A stretch of DNA of 64,000 bases, from positions 186,001 through 250,000 of the forward strand of contig UYFQ01000001.1 of NCBI GenBank assembly GCA_900617105.1, written 5' to 3'. The first letter of the stretch is position 1. Each line of letters starts with the position of its first letter. Below, piece after piece: positions 30,593-41,068 of the stretch. Below the pieces are notes generated by a model. The model saw nothing but the letters and a program-made list of their open reading frames with translations. It ran no database searches and was not told the DNA's origin. The translations under genes and the position numbers were made by a program. Source of the stretch: Hydrurus foetidus (taxonomy: Eukaryota).

Positions 30593-31369
30593 TTACTGCT
30601 CAGCAAACGCCCGTTCGATCACGAAATCGCCAGGGCGGGTGGTGTTGCCCTCTTTGAAGCCGCTTTGCTCCAGGCTGTGTTTCAAATCGCGCAGCATGGC
30701 GGGGCTGCCGCAGATCATGGCGCGGTCAACCGCTGGGTCAAGGTCAGGCAGGCCCAAATCTTTGGCGAGTTGGCCGTTTTCGATGATGTCGGTGATGCGC
30801 CCCATCGTGTGGAAGGCTTCGCGCGTCACGGTGGGGTAGTAGCGCAGTTGCTTGGTGATCATCTCGCCCAAAATTTCATGCTGGGGCAAATGCTCGGTCA
30901 GCAGCTCGTGGTAAGCGAGTTCTTCGACTTGGCGCACGCCGTGAACCAAGATGACTTCTTCAAACTTCTCGTAAGTGGCCGGGTCACGGATCACGCTCAT
31001 GAAGGGGGCCAAGCCGGTACCGGTGGAAAACATGAAAAGGCGTTTGCCGGGCAGCAGGTAATCAATCAGCAGCGTGCCTGTGGGTTTGCGGCCTACCACG
31101 ATGCTGTCGCCCACTTGGATGTGCTGCAAGCGCGAGGTCAACGGGCCGTCCGGCACCTTGATGCTCAAAAACTCAAGATGCTCTTCGTAGTTGGCACTGA
31201 CGATGCTGTACGCACGCAGCAAGGGTTTACCGGTTTCGTTGCGCAGGCCAATCATGGTGAAGTGGCCGTTGGAAAAGCGCAGCGACGGGTCGCGCGTGGT
31301 GGTGAACGTGAACAGTTTGTCAGTCCAGTGGTGCACGCTCAGCACGCGCTCGTCATTAAAGGCACTCAT
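30593..31369 (-). CDS. fpr: Ferredoxin-NADP+ reductase
   Basis: RAYSI, GPLTSRL, TGTGLAPF, MICGSP, ERAF. Confidence 0.95.
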   Translation of the reverse strand: MSAFNDERVLSVHHWTDKLFTFTTTRDPSLRFSNGHFTMIGLRNETGKPLLRAYSIVSANYEEHLEFLSIKVPDGPLTSRLQHIQVGDSIVVGRKPTGTLLIDYLLPGKRLFMFSTGTGLAPFMSVIRDPATYEKFEEVILVHGVRQVEELAYHELLTEHLPQHEILGEMITKQLRYYPTVTREAFHTMGRITDIIENGQLAKDLGLPDLDPAVDRAMICGSPAMLRDLKHSLEQSGFKEGNTTRPGDFVIERAFAEQ

Positions 31370-31512
31370 GGGCAGAAATGTGAAGTTGGAATTCGGCGGA
31401 ATTCAGGTGGCAGGAGTGAAGGCAGTGAACCTTCGCGTTAACCCTCTATTGTCCAAGAAACTACCTGTTGCTTCAGGCATATGCTTATGCTAAATTCTGA
31501 ATCATTAATTTA

Positions 31513-31552
31513 ATGTAGCAATTACAACATTTTTATTAAGTGTATGCTACAT
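31513..31552. promoter_or_regulatory. Inverted repeat ATGTAGCA...TGCTACAT in the AT-rich divergent promoter (candidate TetR operator)
   Basis: Arms at 31513-31520 and 31545-31552. Confidence 0.45.
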
Positions 31553-31586
31553 AAAAATATCTAAATTGATCGAACTACTCCCATGA

Positions 31587-33206
31587 ATGTCCATGACTGA
31601 ACACACGAAAACCGATGGCTTGCCCGGCCTGGATGGTGGCGTTTCTTTCCAGGGTGCGGCGCATGCCAGTCCTCGCAACGAGCGCATGGGTGTCGCTAAG
31701 GTGGCTTGCAATGCCTGTCCCGTGCTGTGTCAAATTTCCGAAGGCCGCTCTGGGGCGTGTGACCGCTACGCCAACGCGGCAGGTGTTTTAGTGCGGGTTG
31801 ATCCGGTCGTCTTGCTGCGCCGTACCGTGTCGGATGCAGTGATGCCGCAGGTGTCACTGGTTCCTTTTTCATCGCCTGAATCCTCGTCTGAAGAAGCCTC
31901 TGTCAACGACTGGAATGGCGATTTGCTGCTCGCCGATGAAGTTTTCGTGACCGGCGTGGGCAGTTCCACCACCTATCCCGACTACAAACCAGCACCCTTC
32001 ATCGTCGCCTCGCAAGCCCAAGGCGTGGACATGGTGACGGTGGTGACAGAGGGCATCTTCAGCTATTGCAGCTTCAAAATCAAAATCGACACCGACCGCT
32101 ATTTGGGCCCGGAACAAGCGAACGTGCGCTGCAAGGGCGAGGTGGTTGGCCATGTCACCACCGCAGAATACGGCTCTCAGATGCTGTCGCTGGGCGGCGT
32201 TCACCACCTCACCGGGGGCAGCAAAAAAGAAGGCCGCATTGCGGTGCAAATGATGGAAGCCTTGGGCAATAAGCAGGCGGTGGAAATCACCATCGACGGT
32301 GGCTCGCAGGTGGTGATCCAAGCCGGGCGCGCGCCCATCGTCAACGGCGTGGCTGAGCAGCGCATGCGCGTAGGCTGTGGTTCCGCCGCCGTGGGTATCT
32401 TTGCCAAACAGTTTTGTAGCGAGGCTGACGAGGTGGTGGTGGTGGACGACCACATCACCGGCGTGCTGACCGAACACCAAGCCGGGCGTTGCCTGGACAT
32501 GCCGCGCTCAGGTATCCAAATGCGGGGGCGCAAGTCCACGCCGGGCCGCTACTTCCAGGTCGCCAACCCCGGCACCGGGTGGGGGGGCACCGACATTGAC
32601 GACCCCTTGTCCATCATCGAAGGCTGGGATGCCGGTGTGGCCCGCCCCGGTCTGCGTCTGTTGATGACCTCCACCACCGGAGAACACGCCGCGTGGTACG
32701 TGCTCAACGACGCACTGGAACCTGTAGCCCAGCCCATGCCTGCCGCCGTGCAGCGCATCATCGACCGCATCGGTGAAAACTGCGAGCCTTCGCTGTGTAC
32801 TGTGCTGTTTTTGGGTGGGGCAGGGGGCAGCTTGCGGGCGGGTGTCACCGACAACCCCGTGCTGTTGACCCGCGCCATCAAGCAGGCGCTGGTGAACGTC
32901 ACTTGTGGCGGCGCACCAGCCTATGTGTGGCCAGGTGGCGGCATCACGGTGATGGTCGATGTGATGCGGATGCCAGACAAAAGCTTTGGCACCGTACCCA
33001 CCCCTGCCATCGTCGCGCCCATTGAATTCAGCATGACGCTGGCTGATTACCAGCGCTTGGGTGGCCACACCGACCACATGCGCAGCTTGGCGCAGGTGCT
33101 CAAGAGCGGCGCGTGGCACAACGACGGTGCGCCTGTGTCGCGCTTGTGGGTGCAAAACCCGGCCGCGAACCCCTGGCCTCTGGGTCAACCTCCACTGCTG
33201 GGCTGA
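31587..33206 (+). CDS. 6-hydroxynicotinate reductase-like Fe-S protein
   Basis: CNACPVLC...GACDRY, TYPDYKPAPFIV, MRVGCGSA; nicotinate cluster context. Confidence 0.85.
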   Translation: MSMTEHTKTDGLPGLDGGVSFQGAAHASPRNERMGVAKVACNACPVLCQISEGRSGACDRYANAAGVLVRVDPVVLLRRTVSDAVMPQVSLVPFSSPESSSEEASVNDWNGDLLLADEVFVTGVGSSTTYPDYKPAPFIVASQAQGVDMVTVVTEGIFSYCSFKIKIDTDRYLGPEQANVRCKGEVVGHVTTAEYGSQMLSLGGVHHLTGGSKKEGRIAVQMMEALGNKQAVEITIDGGSQVVIQAGRAPIVNGVAEQRMRVGCGSAAVGIFAKQFCSEADEVVVVDDHITGVLTEHQAGRCLDMPRSGIQMRGRKSTPGRYFQVANPGTGWGGTDIDDPLSIIEGWDAGVARPGLRLLMTSTTGEHAAWYVLNDALEPVAQPMPAAVQRIIDRIGENCEPSLCTVLFLGGAGGSLRAGVTDNPVLLTRAIKQALVNVTCGGAPAYVWPGGGITVMVDVMRMPDKSFGTVPTPAIVAPIEFSMTLADYQRLGGHTDHMRSLAQVLKSGAWHNDGAPVSRLWVQNPAANPWPLGQPPLLG

Positions 33207-33210
33207 ACCT

Positions 33211-34185
33211 GTGGCTGCCACCCGCGCTCCTTTGTCCGATGGCCGCTGGCATTTCCAGCATGGCCCGATTGACCTGGTGATCGGTGCTTTTGGCGACGCT
33301 TGCGCCACCGCACTGGCCCATGAGGCGGCGTGGCAGCGGTTTGAGGCCGTGCTGCCAGAGCTGGTTGCTGAACTCACTGTGCTGCGCCAGCCTTTGCCGC
33401 TGGCCGGTGAGGTGATGGAGGCAGACAAGCGTTTATCCGGCCCAATCGCTCAGCGCATGTGGCAGGCTTGCGCGCCCTACCGTGCCAGCTTTATCACGCC
33501 GATGGCTGCCGTGGCGGGTGCTGTCGCGCAAGAGATCATCGCCTGCTACCAGTGCCCTGGCATTCAGCGTGCCTGGGTGAACAACGGTGGGGATATTGCT
33601 TTCCATTTAACGCCAGGGGCCATGCTGCGCGTAGGCCTGTTCGCTGATTTGGGCGCTCTCCCACACGCATTGAACTACCCCTTGAACTCCCCGTTAGCTA
33701 TGCCCACCGATGCCCAATGCGAACTGCACTTCGATTCGCCCGTGCGCGGCATCGCCACCAGCGGTTGGCAGGGACGCAGCTTTTCACGCGGCATTGCCGA
33801 CAGCGTGACCGTGCTGGCCGCGACCGCTGCTGGAGCCGACGCTGCTGCCACGGTGATCGCCAATGCGGTGAACGTGCTTCACCACGATATCGTGCGGCAA
33901 CCCGCCTGCGAGGTCAAAGACGACAGTGACCTCGGTGCCCTGCTTGTCACCGTGGATGTCCCCCACTTGCCCTATGCCGCCGTGCGCCATGCCTTGCTGG
34001 CAGGGTTCGCCAAAGCGCAAGCCTTGCAAGAACAGGGTTTGATCGTGTCTGCCACCCTGGTTTGCCAAGGGCAGTGGTGCGAGACCAACTCGTCTTTATC
34101 GCGGCTGACTCGATCGCCATCATCACCACCACTGCAGCCTCTTAACGTCACTGCGCCACCCCAAGTTGGTTCAGTATTTGCTTAA
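33211..34185 (+). CDS. UPF0280 / ApbE-like protein
   Basis: HGPIDL, TPMAAVAGAVA, NNGGDIA, ATSGWQGRSFSRGIADSVTV. Confidence 0.88.
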   Translation: MAATRAPLSDGRWHFQHGPIDLVIGAFGDACATALAHEAAWQRFEAVLPELVAELTVLRQPLPLAGEVMEADKRLSGPIAQRMWQACAPYRASFITPMAAVAGAVAQEIIACYQCPGIQRAWVNNGGDIAFHLTPGAMLRVGLFADLGALPHALNYPLNSPLAMPTDAQCELHFDSPVRGIATSGWQGRSFSRGIADSVTVLAATAAGADAAATVIANAVNVLHHDIVRQPACEVKDDSDLGALLVTVDVPHLPYAAVRHALLAGFAKAQALQEQGLIVSATLVCQGQWCETNSSLSRLTRSPSSPPLQPLNVTAPPQVGSVFA

Positions 34186-34209
34186 CAAAAACATGAGTTC
34201 CCCAACCGC

Positions 34210-34851
34210 ATGATTACCCTTCGCCGCACCTTCACCCATGTCGAAGAAATTCGCCATGAATTCGGCCCCATCGCCGCCGTTCCACTCATTCGCGGGGCCA
34301 TTGGTGTGGTGTTGACCAATCCGTTCGCGGGCCGCTACGAGCCGAACATCTTGCCCATGATGGATGCATTGCAAGACGTGGGCCTCGACATGGCACGCAA
34401 GCTCTTGGTGGCCATGAATTTGCCGATGGAGCGCATGGCCAGCTACGGCAAGGGGGCTGTTGTCGGTGCGGCTGGCGAGCTGGAGCACGGTGCGCTGTGG
34501 CATGTGCCCGGCGGCTACGCTATGCGTGAATTGTTGGGCTGGAAGGGCGACCGCAACGCCTATAAACAAGGTCAGGGCGAAGAGAAAACCGGCCAGCCTG
34601 GGAATGCGCTTTCCATCGTGCCTTCCACCAAAAAAGTAGGTGCACCCGGCACAGCCCTCGATGTGCCGCTGACCCACATCAACGCCAGCTACGTGCGCAG
34701 CCATTTCGATGCCATCGAGGTGCGCGTCCCCGGTGCGCCGCTGGCCGATGAGATCGTCTACATCCTTGCGATGAGCACCGGTGCCCGCGTCCACGCCCGT
34801 GTCGGTGGCCTAGAGCCCGAAGGCATTGCCCGTTGGGATGGCCTGCGCTGA
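34210..34851 (+). CDS. Amino acid synthesis (DUF1185) family protein
   Basis: NPFAGRY, SYGKGAVVG, GELEH, RSHFD. Confidence 0.85.
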   Translation: MITLRRTFTHVEEIRHEFGPIAAVPLIRGAIGVVLTNPFAGRYEPNILPMMDALQDVGLDMARKLLVAMNLPMERMASYGKGAVVGAAGELEHGALWHVPGGYAMRELLGWKGDRNAYKQGQGEEKTGQPGNALSIVPSTKKVGAPGTALDVPLTHINASYVRSHFDAIEVRVPGAPLADEIVYILAMSTGARVHARVGGLEPEGIARWDGLR

Positions 34852-34892
34852 GCTACCTTTTTCAATATCCCTACCGCCCTAAGGAATCCTTC

Positions 34893-35477
34893 ATGTCCGC
34901 CAACATCCGCAAAATCATCGTCCAAGTCGATGAAGTCCGCATCGAGATGGGCCAGCCCGTCAACCCGCCCACCCGCCGCGCTCTGGCGATGGCCGTGATC
35001 GCCAACCCCTACGCCGGTCGGTATGCCGAAAATTTAGACGAGTTGATCGCCATTGGTGAAGAACTCGGTGGTTTGTTGGGTGACAAGTGCATCCAAGCAT
35101 TGGGTATCAGCCCTAGCGATGCCCAAAGCTATGGCAAAGCCGCCATCGTGGGCGAAGCCGGTGAGCTGGAGCACGCCGCCGCTGTTCTCCACCCCAAGCT
35201 GGGCGCACCCCTGCGCAAAGCCGTTGAAAAAGGCGCTGCTTTGGTGCCCTCCGCCAAGAAAATGGGTGGCTTGGGTGCTGCCATTGACGTGCCACTGGGC
35301 CACAAAGATGCGGCTTTCGTGCGCAGTCATTTCGACGCGATGGAAGCCCGAGTGTCCGATGCGCCCCGCGCCAACGAAATCGTCGTCGCCGTGGTCGTCA
35401 CTGACAGTGGCCGCCCTTTGGCCCGCATCGGGGGCTTGCAAATCGGTGACATCGTGGGCACCGATGGCCTGCGCTAG
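34893..35477 (+). CDS. Amino acid synthesis (DUF1185) family protein, paralog
   Basis: NPYAGRY, SYGKAAIVG, GELEH, RSHFD. Confidence 0.88.
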   Translation: MSANIRKIIVQVDEVRIEMGQPVNPPTRRALAMAVIANPYAGRYAENLDELIAIGEELGGLLGDKCIQALGISPSDAQSYGKAAIVGEAGELEHAAAVLHPKLGAPLRKAVEKGAALVPSAKKMGGLGAAIDVPLGHKDAAFVRSHFDAMEARVSDAPRANEIVVAVVVTDSGRPLARIGGLQIGDIVGTDGLR

Positions 35478-35555
35478 ACCTCACAATCGCAGTGCTTACT
35501 TTTCGACACCGTTACGTTAAGCCTCTTCTTTTCTGAACCTTCAGGAGCTATTTTC

Positions 35556-36782
35556 ATGACTATTTCACGCACCCCCTCAAGCACGCTTTACCGCGCCACC
35601 GTCACCGCCACGCTGCTGATGGTGTCTGCCGCTGTGTCCACTGCCTACGCGCAGGGCGTGATCAAAATCGGTGAAGTCAACAGCTACAAAGCCCAGCCCG
35701 CCTTCTTGGAACCCTACAAAAAAGGCATGGAGCTGGCTGTGGAAGAGATCAATGCCGCAGGTGGTGTGAACGGCAAAAAACTTGAACTCATCACCCGTGA
35801 CGACAACGCCAATCCAGGTGACGCAGTGCGCGTGGCCGAAGAGTTGATTTCCCGCGAAAAGATTGATGTGCTGACCGGCACCTTCCTTTCCAACACCGGC
35901 TTGGCGATGACCGATTTCGCCAAGCAAAAGAAATTCTTCTTCCTCGCCGGTGAGCCACTCACCGACAAAATCATCTGGGGCAGTGGCAACAAATACACCT
36001 ACCGCCTGCGCCCTGGCACTTACATGCAGGCCGCGATGCTGGTGCCTGAAGCCGTGAAGATGAAGAAAAAGCGTTGGGCCATCGTGTACCCCAACTACGA
36101 ATACGGCCAATCGGCTGTCGCTGCCTTCAAAACCCTGCTGAAAGCCGCTCAACCGGATGTGGAATTCGTGGTGGAACAAGCCTCCCCCTTGGGCAAGCTG
36201 GATGCGGGCAGCGTGGTGCAGGCGCTGGCCGATGCCAAGCCTGATGCGATTTTCAACGTGCTGTTTGGCGCTGATTTGTCCAAGTTCGTGCGCGAAGGCA
36301 ATACCCGTGGTTTGTTCCAAGGCCGTGAAGTCGTGAGCGTCTTGACCGGTGAGCCCGAGTACCTCGATGCGCTGAAAGACGAAGCCCCTAACGGCTGGGT
36401 CGTCACCGGTTACCCCTGGTATGGCATCCAAACGCCTGAGCACAAAGCCTTTTTCTTGGCCTACCACGGCAAGTACAAAGATTACCCACGCCTTGGCTCT
36501 GTGGTTGGCTATACTGCTATTAAATCTATAGCAGCCGGCCTGAAAAAAGCCAAGAGCAGTGAAACCGAAAAACTCGCCGCTGCCTTTTCGGGCCTGCAAG
36601 TGGACAGCCCGTTTGGCAAGATCACCTACCGCGCCCAAGACCACCAGTCCACGATGGGGGCGTATGTGGGGAAAACCAAAAACGAAGGTGGCAAGGGCGT
36701 GATGGTGGATTACAGCTACTTTGACGGTGCGAAGTATTTGCCCAGCGATGCGGAAGTGAAAAAACTCCGCGCACCTGACTGA
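35556..36782 (+). CDS. ABC transporter substrate-binding protein (LivK-like)
   Basis: Signal peptide; EINAAGGVNGKKLELITRDD. Confidence 0.92.
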   Translation: MTISRTPSSTLYRATVTATLLMVSAAVSTAYAQGVIKIGEVNSYKAQPAFLEPYKKGMELAVEEINAAGGVNGKKLELITRDDNANPGDAVRVAEELISREKIDVLTGTFLSNTGLAMTDFAKQKKFFFLAGEPLTDKIIWGSGNKYTYRLRPGTYMQAAMLVPEAVKMKKKRWAIVYPNYEYGQSAVAAFKTLLKAAQPDVEFVVEQASPLGKLDAGSVVQALADAKPDAIFNVLFGADLSKFVREGNTRGLFQGREVVSVLTGEPEYLDALKDEAPNGWVVTGYPWYGIQTPEHKAFFLAYHGKYKDYPRLGSVVGYTAIKSIAAGLKKAKSSETEKLAAAFSGLQVDSPFGKITYRAQDHQSTMGAYVGKTKNEGGKGVMVDYSYFDGAKYLPSDAEVKKLRAPD

Positions 36783-36808
36783 CATTGACTGAGGTTGAGG
36801 GCATCCCT

Positions 36809-38728
36809 ATGAGTTTTTCAGGCTTTATCGTCCAGTTGCTGAACGGGCTGGCGGGCGCTTCATCGCTGTTTTTGGTGGCAGCGGGTCTCTCGCTGATCTT
36901 TGGCGTGACGCGCATCGTCAACTTTGCCCACGGCTCGTTCTTCATGGTGGGGATTTACATCGCCTACAGCTTGGTCGAGCACCTGGGCACCGGCCTGGGC
37001 TTTTGGCCTGCGCTGTTGTTGGCGGCGTTGGCCGTGGGGGTGTTCGGTGGTTTGCTGGAGATGTTGCTGCTGCGGCGCATCTACAAAGCGCCTGAGCTGT
37101 TTCAGTTGCTCGCCACTTTTGCGCTGGTGCTGGTCATCAAGGACGCGGTGCTGTGGCTCTGGGGGCCGGACGAGCTGCTGGGGCCACGGGCGCCTGGCTT
37201 TTCGGGGGCGGTGTCGATTTTGGGGCGGCAGTTTCCGTCGTATGACTTGTTTTTGATCGTTGTCGGCCCCGTGGTGCTGGGCCTGCTGTGGTTGCTGCTG
37301 ACGCGCACCCGTTGGGGCACGCTGGTGCGTGCTGCCACGCAAGACCGCGAAATGGTGAGCGCCTTGGGTGTCAATCAAGCGTGGCTGTTCACGGCGGTGT
37401 TCGCGCTGGGGGCCATGCTTGCTGGTTTGGGCGGTGCCTTGCAACTGCCCCGCGAACCGGCCACGCTGGACATGGACTTGAACACCATCGGTGCTGCCTT
37501 TGTGGTGGTGGTGGTGGGTGGTATGGGTTCCATCCCCGGTGCTTACGTTGCTGCGCTGCTGATCGCCGAGATCAAGGCCGTGTGCATCTGGCTGGGCGTG
37601 GTGGATATTTTGGGCTTCAGCATTTCGTTTTCCAAGTTGACGCTGGTGGTTGAATTTTTGGTGATGGCGGTCGTGCTGGTGGTGCGTCCCTGGGGGCTGC
37701 TGGGCAAACCGCAAGCCGCCAGCCGCTATGTGGGCATGCCCGAAGAGCCTTTGCGCCGCGCTGGCAAGCCGTACCTGATGATGGCCGCTGCGCTGGGTGT
37801 GGCCTTGCTGGCCTTGCCGCTGGTGACGGCCGATTCCCCCTACACCACGGTGCTGATGATTGACCTGCTGGTGGCCGCCTTGTTCGCCGCCAGCCTGCAC
37901 TTTTTGATGGGGCCAGCGGGCATGCACTCGTTTGGTCACGCGGCCTACTTTGGTCTGGGTGCTTATGGTGCGGCGCTGCTGGTGCGGGCCAGCGGGATGC
38001 CGATGGAGATGGCCTTGGTCGCAGCGCCTTTGGTGGCTGCGCTGGGCGCATTGGTCTACGGCTGGTTCGCGGTGCGCTTATCGGGCGTGTATTTGGCGAT
38101 GCTGACCTTGGCTTTCGCACAAATCACCTGGGCCATCACCTACCAGTGGGATGCGTTCACGGGTGGCAGCAATGGCCTGACGGGCGTTTGGCCGTCGGAA
38201 TGGTTGTCGGACAAACGCAGTTACTACTACCTCACGCTGGTGCTGGTGACGTTGGGTGTGCTGTTTCTGCGCCGCGTGCTGTTTTCGCCCTTCGGCTACA
38301 GCCTGCGGGCCGGGCGCGATTCGGTGCTGCGGGCGGACGCGATTGGTATCGACGTGAAGCGGATGCAGTGGGCGGCCTTCGTCATCGCTGGCTCGGTAGC
38401 AGGTCTGGCTGGAGCGTTGTATGCGTTCTCTAAAGGCAGCATTTCACCCGAAACACTGAGCGTCGGTAAATCGGTGGACGGTTTGGTGATGGTGCTGCTT
38501 GGGGGCATACAGACGCTTGCTGGGCCTGTGGTGGGTGCTATCACTTTCACATGGTTGCACGACACCGTGGCACGCAATACCGACTACTGGCGGGCCATGC
38601 TGGGTGCGATTATTTTGCTGTTGGTGCTGCTGTTCCCGCAGGGGATTGCAGGCTTTGTGAAGCAGTTTGCTGACCGCCGCAATGACCGTCAGCGCGAAGC
38701 CCAAGCCATGACGGAGGTCAAGGTATGA
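36809..38728 (+). CDS. Fused LivH-LivM type ABC permease
   Basis: GLSLIFGVTRIVNFAHG and SFGHAAYFGLGAY in one ORF. Confidence 0.92.
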   Translation: MSFSGFIVQLLNGLAGASSLFLVAAGLSLIFGVTRIVNFAHGSFFMVGIYIAYSLVEHLGTGLGFWPALLLAALAVGVFGGLLEMLLLRRIYKAPELFQLLATFALVLVIKDAVLWLWGPDELLGPRAPGFSGAVSILGRQFPSYDLFLIVVGPVVLGLLWLLLTRTRWGTLVRAATQDREMVSALGVNQAWLFTAVFALGAMLAGLGGALQLPREPATLDMDLNTIGAAFVVVVVGGMGSIPGAYVAALLIAEIKAVCIWLGVVDILGFSISFSKLTLVVEFLVMAVVLVVRPWGLLGKPQAASRYVGMPEEPLRRAGKPYLMMAAALGVALLALPLVTADSPYTTVLMIDLLVAALFAASLHFLMGPAGMHSFGHAAYFGLGAYGAALLVRASGMPMEMALVAAPLVAALGALVYGWFAVRLSGVYLAMLTLAFAQITWAITYQWDAFTGGSNGLTGVWPSEWLSDKRSYYYLTLVLVTLGVLFLRRVLFSPFGYSLRAGRDSVLRADAIGIDVKRMQWAAFVIAGSVAGLAGALYAFSKGSISPETLSVGKSVDGLVMVLLGGIQTLAGPVVGAITFTWLHDTVARNTDYWRAMLGAIILLLVLLFPQGIAGFVKQFADRRNDRQREAQAMTEVKV

Positions 38729-39552
38729 GTGCATTTCCTTTATTGAAAGTTACAGGTCTGGGTAAATCCTTTGGCGGCGTGAAAGCGGTGGACGGCATCC
38801 ACTTTGAGCTGAAAGCCGGTGAATTGCTCGCCCTGATTGGCCCCAACGGCGCAGGCAAGTCCACTACCTTCAACATGGTGAACGGCCAGCTCAAAGCCGA
38901 TGCGGGTTCCATCCAGCTCAACGGCCAAGAGCTGGTGGGCCGCAAGCCACGCGACATTTGGCGCAGGGGCGTGAGCCGCACCTTCCAGATCGCCGAAACC
39001 TTTGCCAGCCTGACCGTGGTGGAAAACGTGCAGATGGCGCTCTTGTCGCAAGACGGACTTTTGTTTTCCATCTGGCGGCGTGCCGCTGACCACAAGCGCG
39101 ACGAGGCGCTCAGCCTGCTGGCTCAAGTCGGCATGCGTGCCCAAGCCGATCGCCCGTGCAATGTGCTGGCCTATGGCGATGTGAAGCGCGTTGAGTTGGC
39201 GATAGCGATGGCGAACAGCCCCCAACTGTTGCTGATGGACGAACCCACCGCCGGCATGGCCCCCAAAGAACGCAACGACCTGATGGCGCTGACCAAGCAA
39301 CTGGTGATCGAGCGCGGCATGGCCGTGCTGTTTACCGAGCACAGCATGGACGTGGTCTTCGCCTACGCTGACCGGATGATCGTGCTGGCACGCGGGCGGC
39401 TGATTGCCGAGGGCAAACCGCTGGAGATTCGGGACCATCCCAAGGTGCAAGAGGTGTACTTTGGGAGTGGAAAAACCTTTGAAAAGAACGCTGAAAAAAG
39501 TGGCCAAAAAATGGGCAATAGCGCCATTGAAACTGTCAAGGAGGTGGCGTGA
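38725..39552 (+). CDS. ABC ATPase (LivG-like)
   Basis: GPNGAGKST, LLMDEPTAG. Confidence 0.93.
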   Translation: MSAFPLLKVTGLGKSFGGVKAVDGIHFELKAGELLALIGPNGAGKSTTFNMVNGQLKADAGSIQLNGQELVGRKPRDIWRRGVSRTFQIAETFASLTVVENVQMALLSQDGLLFSIWRRAADHKRDEALSLLAQVGMRAQADRPCNVLAYGDVKRVELAIAMANSPQLLLMDEPTAGMAPKERNDLMALTKQLVIERGMAVLFTEHSMDVVFAYADRMIVLARGRLIAEGKPLEIRDHPKVQEVYFGSGKTFEKNAEKSGQKMGNSAIETVKEVA

Positions 39553-40286
39553 TGGCTGCTCAGCAAACCCTGCTCGATGCCAAAGGCTTGTGCGCTTGGT
39601 ACGGTGCTGCGCAAATCTTGTACGACGTGGATTTGAACGTCCAGCGCGGTGAAGTCGTAGCCCTGATGGGGCGCAATGGGGCGGGCAAGTCCACCACGCT
39701 CAAAGCGCTGATCGGGATGCTGACCAAGCGCAAAGGCACCGTCACTTTCCTGGGCCAAGACATCTCCAAGAGCGAGCCCCACCACGCCGCCCGCCTGGGC
39801 CTGGGTTTCGTCCCTGAAGACCGCCGCGTGTTCACCGATCTCACGGTGATGGAAAACCTGAGCGTCGGCCAGCAGCCCCCACGCCGCTGGGCCGATGGCA
39901 GCGATGCCCCCTTGTGGACACCCGAGCGCCTGTTCAAACTCTTCCCCAATCTGGGCGAAATGCCGAACCGTCCCGGTGGCCGAATGAGCGGTGGCGAGCA
40001 GCAAATGCTGACCGTCGCCCGCACGCTGATGGGTAACCCGTATCTGGTGCTGCTCGATGAACCTTCCGAGGGCGTTGCGCCGGTCATCGTCGAGCAAATG
40101 GCGAACATGATTTTGGCGCTGAAGGCCCAAGGCGTGAGCATCTTGCTGTCAGAGCAAAACATGCACTTCGCCGAATTGGTGTCCGACCGCGCCTACGTGC
40201 TTGAAAAAGGCCAGATTCGCTACCAGGCGAGCATGGCGGAGCTGGCGGCGAACGACGAGGTGCGCCGGGCTTATTTGAGTGTTTAG
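39549..40286 (+). CDS. ABC ATPase (LivF-like)
   Basis: GRNGAGKST, MSGGEQQM, LLDEPSEG. Confidence 0.93.
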   Translation: MMAAQQTLLDAKGLCAWYGAAQILYDVDLNVQRGEVVALMGRNGAGKSTTLKALIGMLTKRKGTVTFLGQDISKSEPHHAARLGLGFVPEDRRVFTDLTVMENLSVGQQPPRRWADGSDAPLWTPERLFKLFPNLGEMPNRPGGRMSGGEQQMLTVARTLMGNPYLVLLDEPSEGVAPVIVEQMANMILALKAQGVSILLSEQNMHFAELVSDRAYVLEKGQIRYQASMAELAANDEVRRAYLSV

Positions 40287-40342
40287 ATGAGGGTAAGTGT
40301 TAACCGTTGACCGTGTTTTTTAACCTTGACTGGAGTTTTGCC

Positions 40343-41068
40343 ATGAACGCTTCTTCGCGCCGCCTGCTGTTGAAATCCACGACCCTGGGCCTGTTGGGCT
40401 TGGGGCTGTCTCGCCATGGCTTTGCCGCCAGCAAAATCAAACCCACTACCAACGCTGCGTTGATCGTGGTGGATGTGCAAAACTGCTTTGTCGAAGGTGG
40501 CACGCTGCCGGTGGGCAAGGGGGCTGAGGTGGTGCCGGTCATCAACAAACTCTCTGGCGCGTTCGAGAACATCGTCGTCACCCAAGACTGGCACACCCCA
40601 GGGCACGCCTCGTTTGCCAGCACTTACCCAGGCAAAAAACCATTTGAGACAACCAAGCTGTCTTATGGCACGCAGGTGCTGTGGCCTGACCATTGCGTGC
40701 AGGGTACGGACGACGCGGCGTTGCACAAAGACCTCAAGCTGCCCACCGCACAAATCATTGTGCGCAAAGGCTTTCATAAGCACATGGACAGCTACTCGGC
40801 CTTTGAAGAGGCTGACCATAAGTCGGCGACGGGCTTGGCGGGCTACCTGAAGCAACGTGGCATCAAGACCGTTTTCGTCACCGGCTTGGCCACCGATTTT
40901 TGCGTCGCCTGGACGGCGATGGACGCCCGCAAGCTGGGTTTTGAGGTCTACGTGATCGAAGATGCGACAAGAGGCATCGATCTGAATGGTTCGCTGGCTG
41001 CGGCGTGGAAGCAAATGGCGGCCAAGGGCGTTAAGCGCATTCAGTCCGGGGATGTTGATGCCGCTTGA
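40343..41068 (+). CDS. pncA: Nicotinamidase with predicted Tat signal
   Basis: VVDVQN, QDWH, WPDHC, DSYSAF, GLATDFCV. Confidence 0.93.
   Translation: MNASSRRLLLKSTTLGLLGLGLSRHGFAASKIKPTTNAALIVVDVQNCFVEGGTLPVGKGAEVVPVINKLSGAFENIVVTQDWHTPGHASFASTYPGKKPFETTKLSYGTQVLWPDHCVQGTDDAALHKDLKLPTAQIIVRKGFHKHMDSYSAFEEADHKSATGLAGYLKQRGIKTVFVTGLATDFCVAWTAMDARKLGFEVYVIEDATRGIDLNGSLAAAWKQMAAKGVKRIQSGDVDAA

Noticed and set aside
35577..36785. Long antisense ORFs (also 14281-15522, 16689-17783, 43671-44846, 59252-60472)
   Set aside because: Shadows of well-supported genes in GC-rich DNA; no motifs
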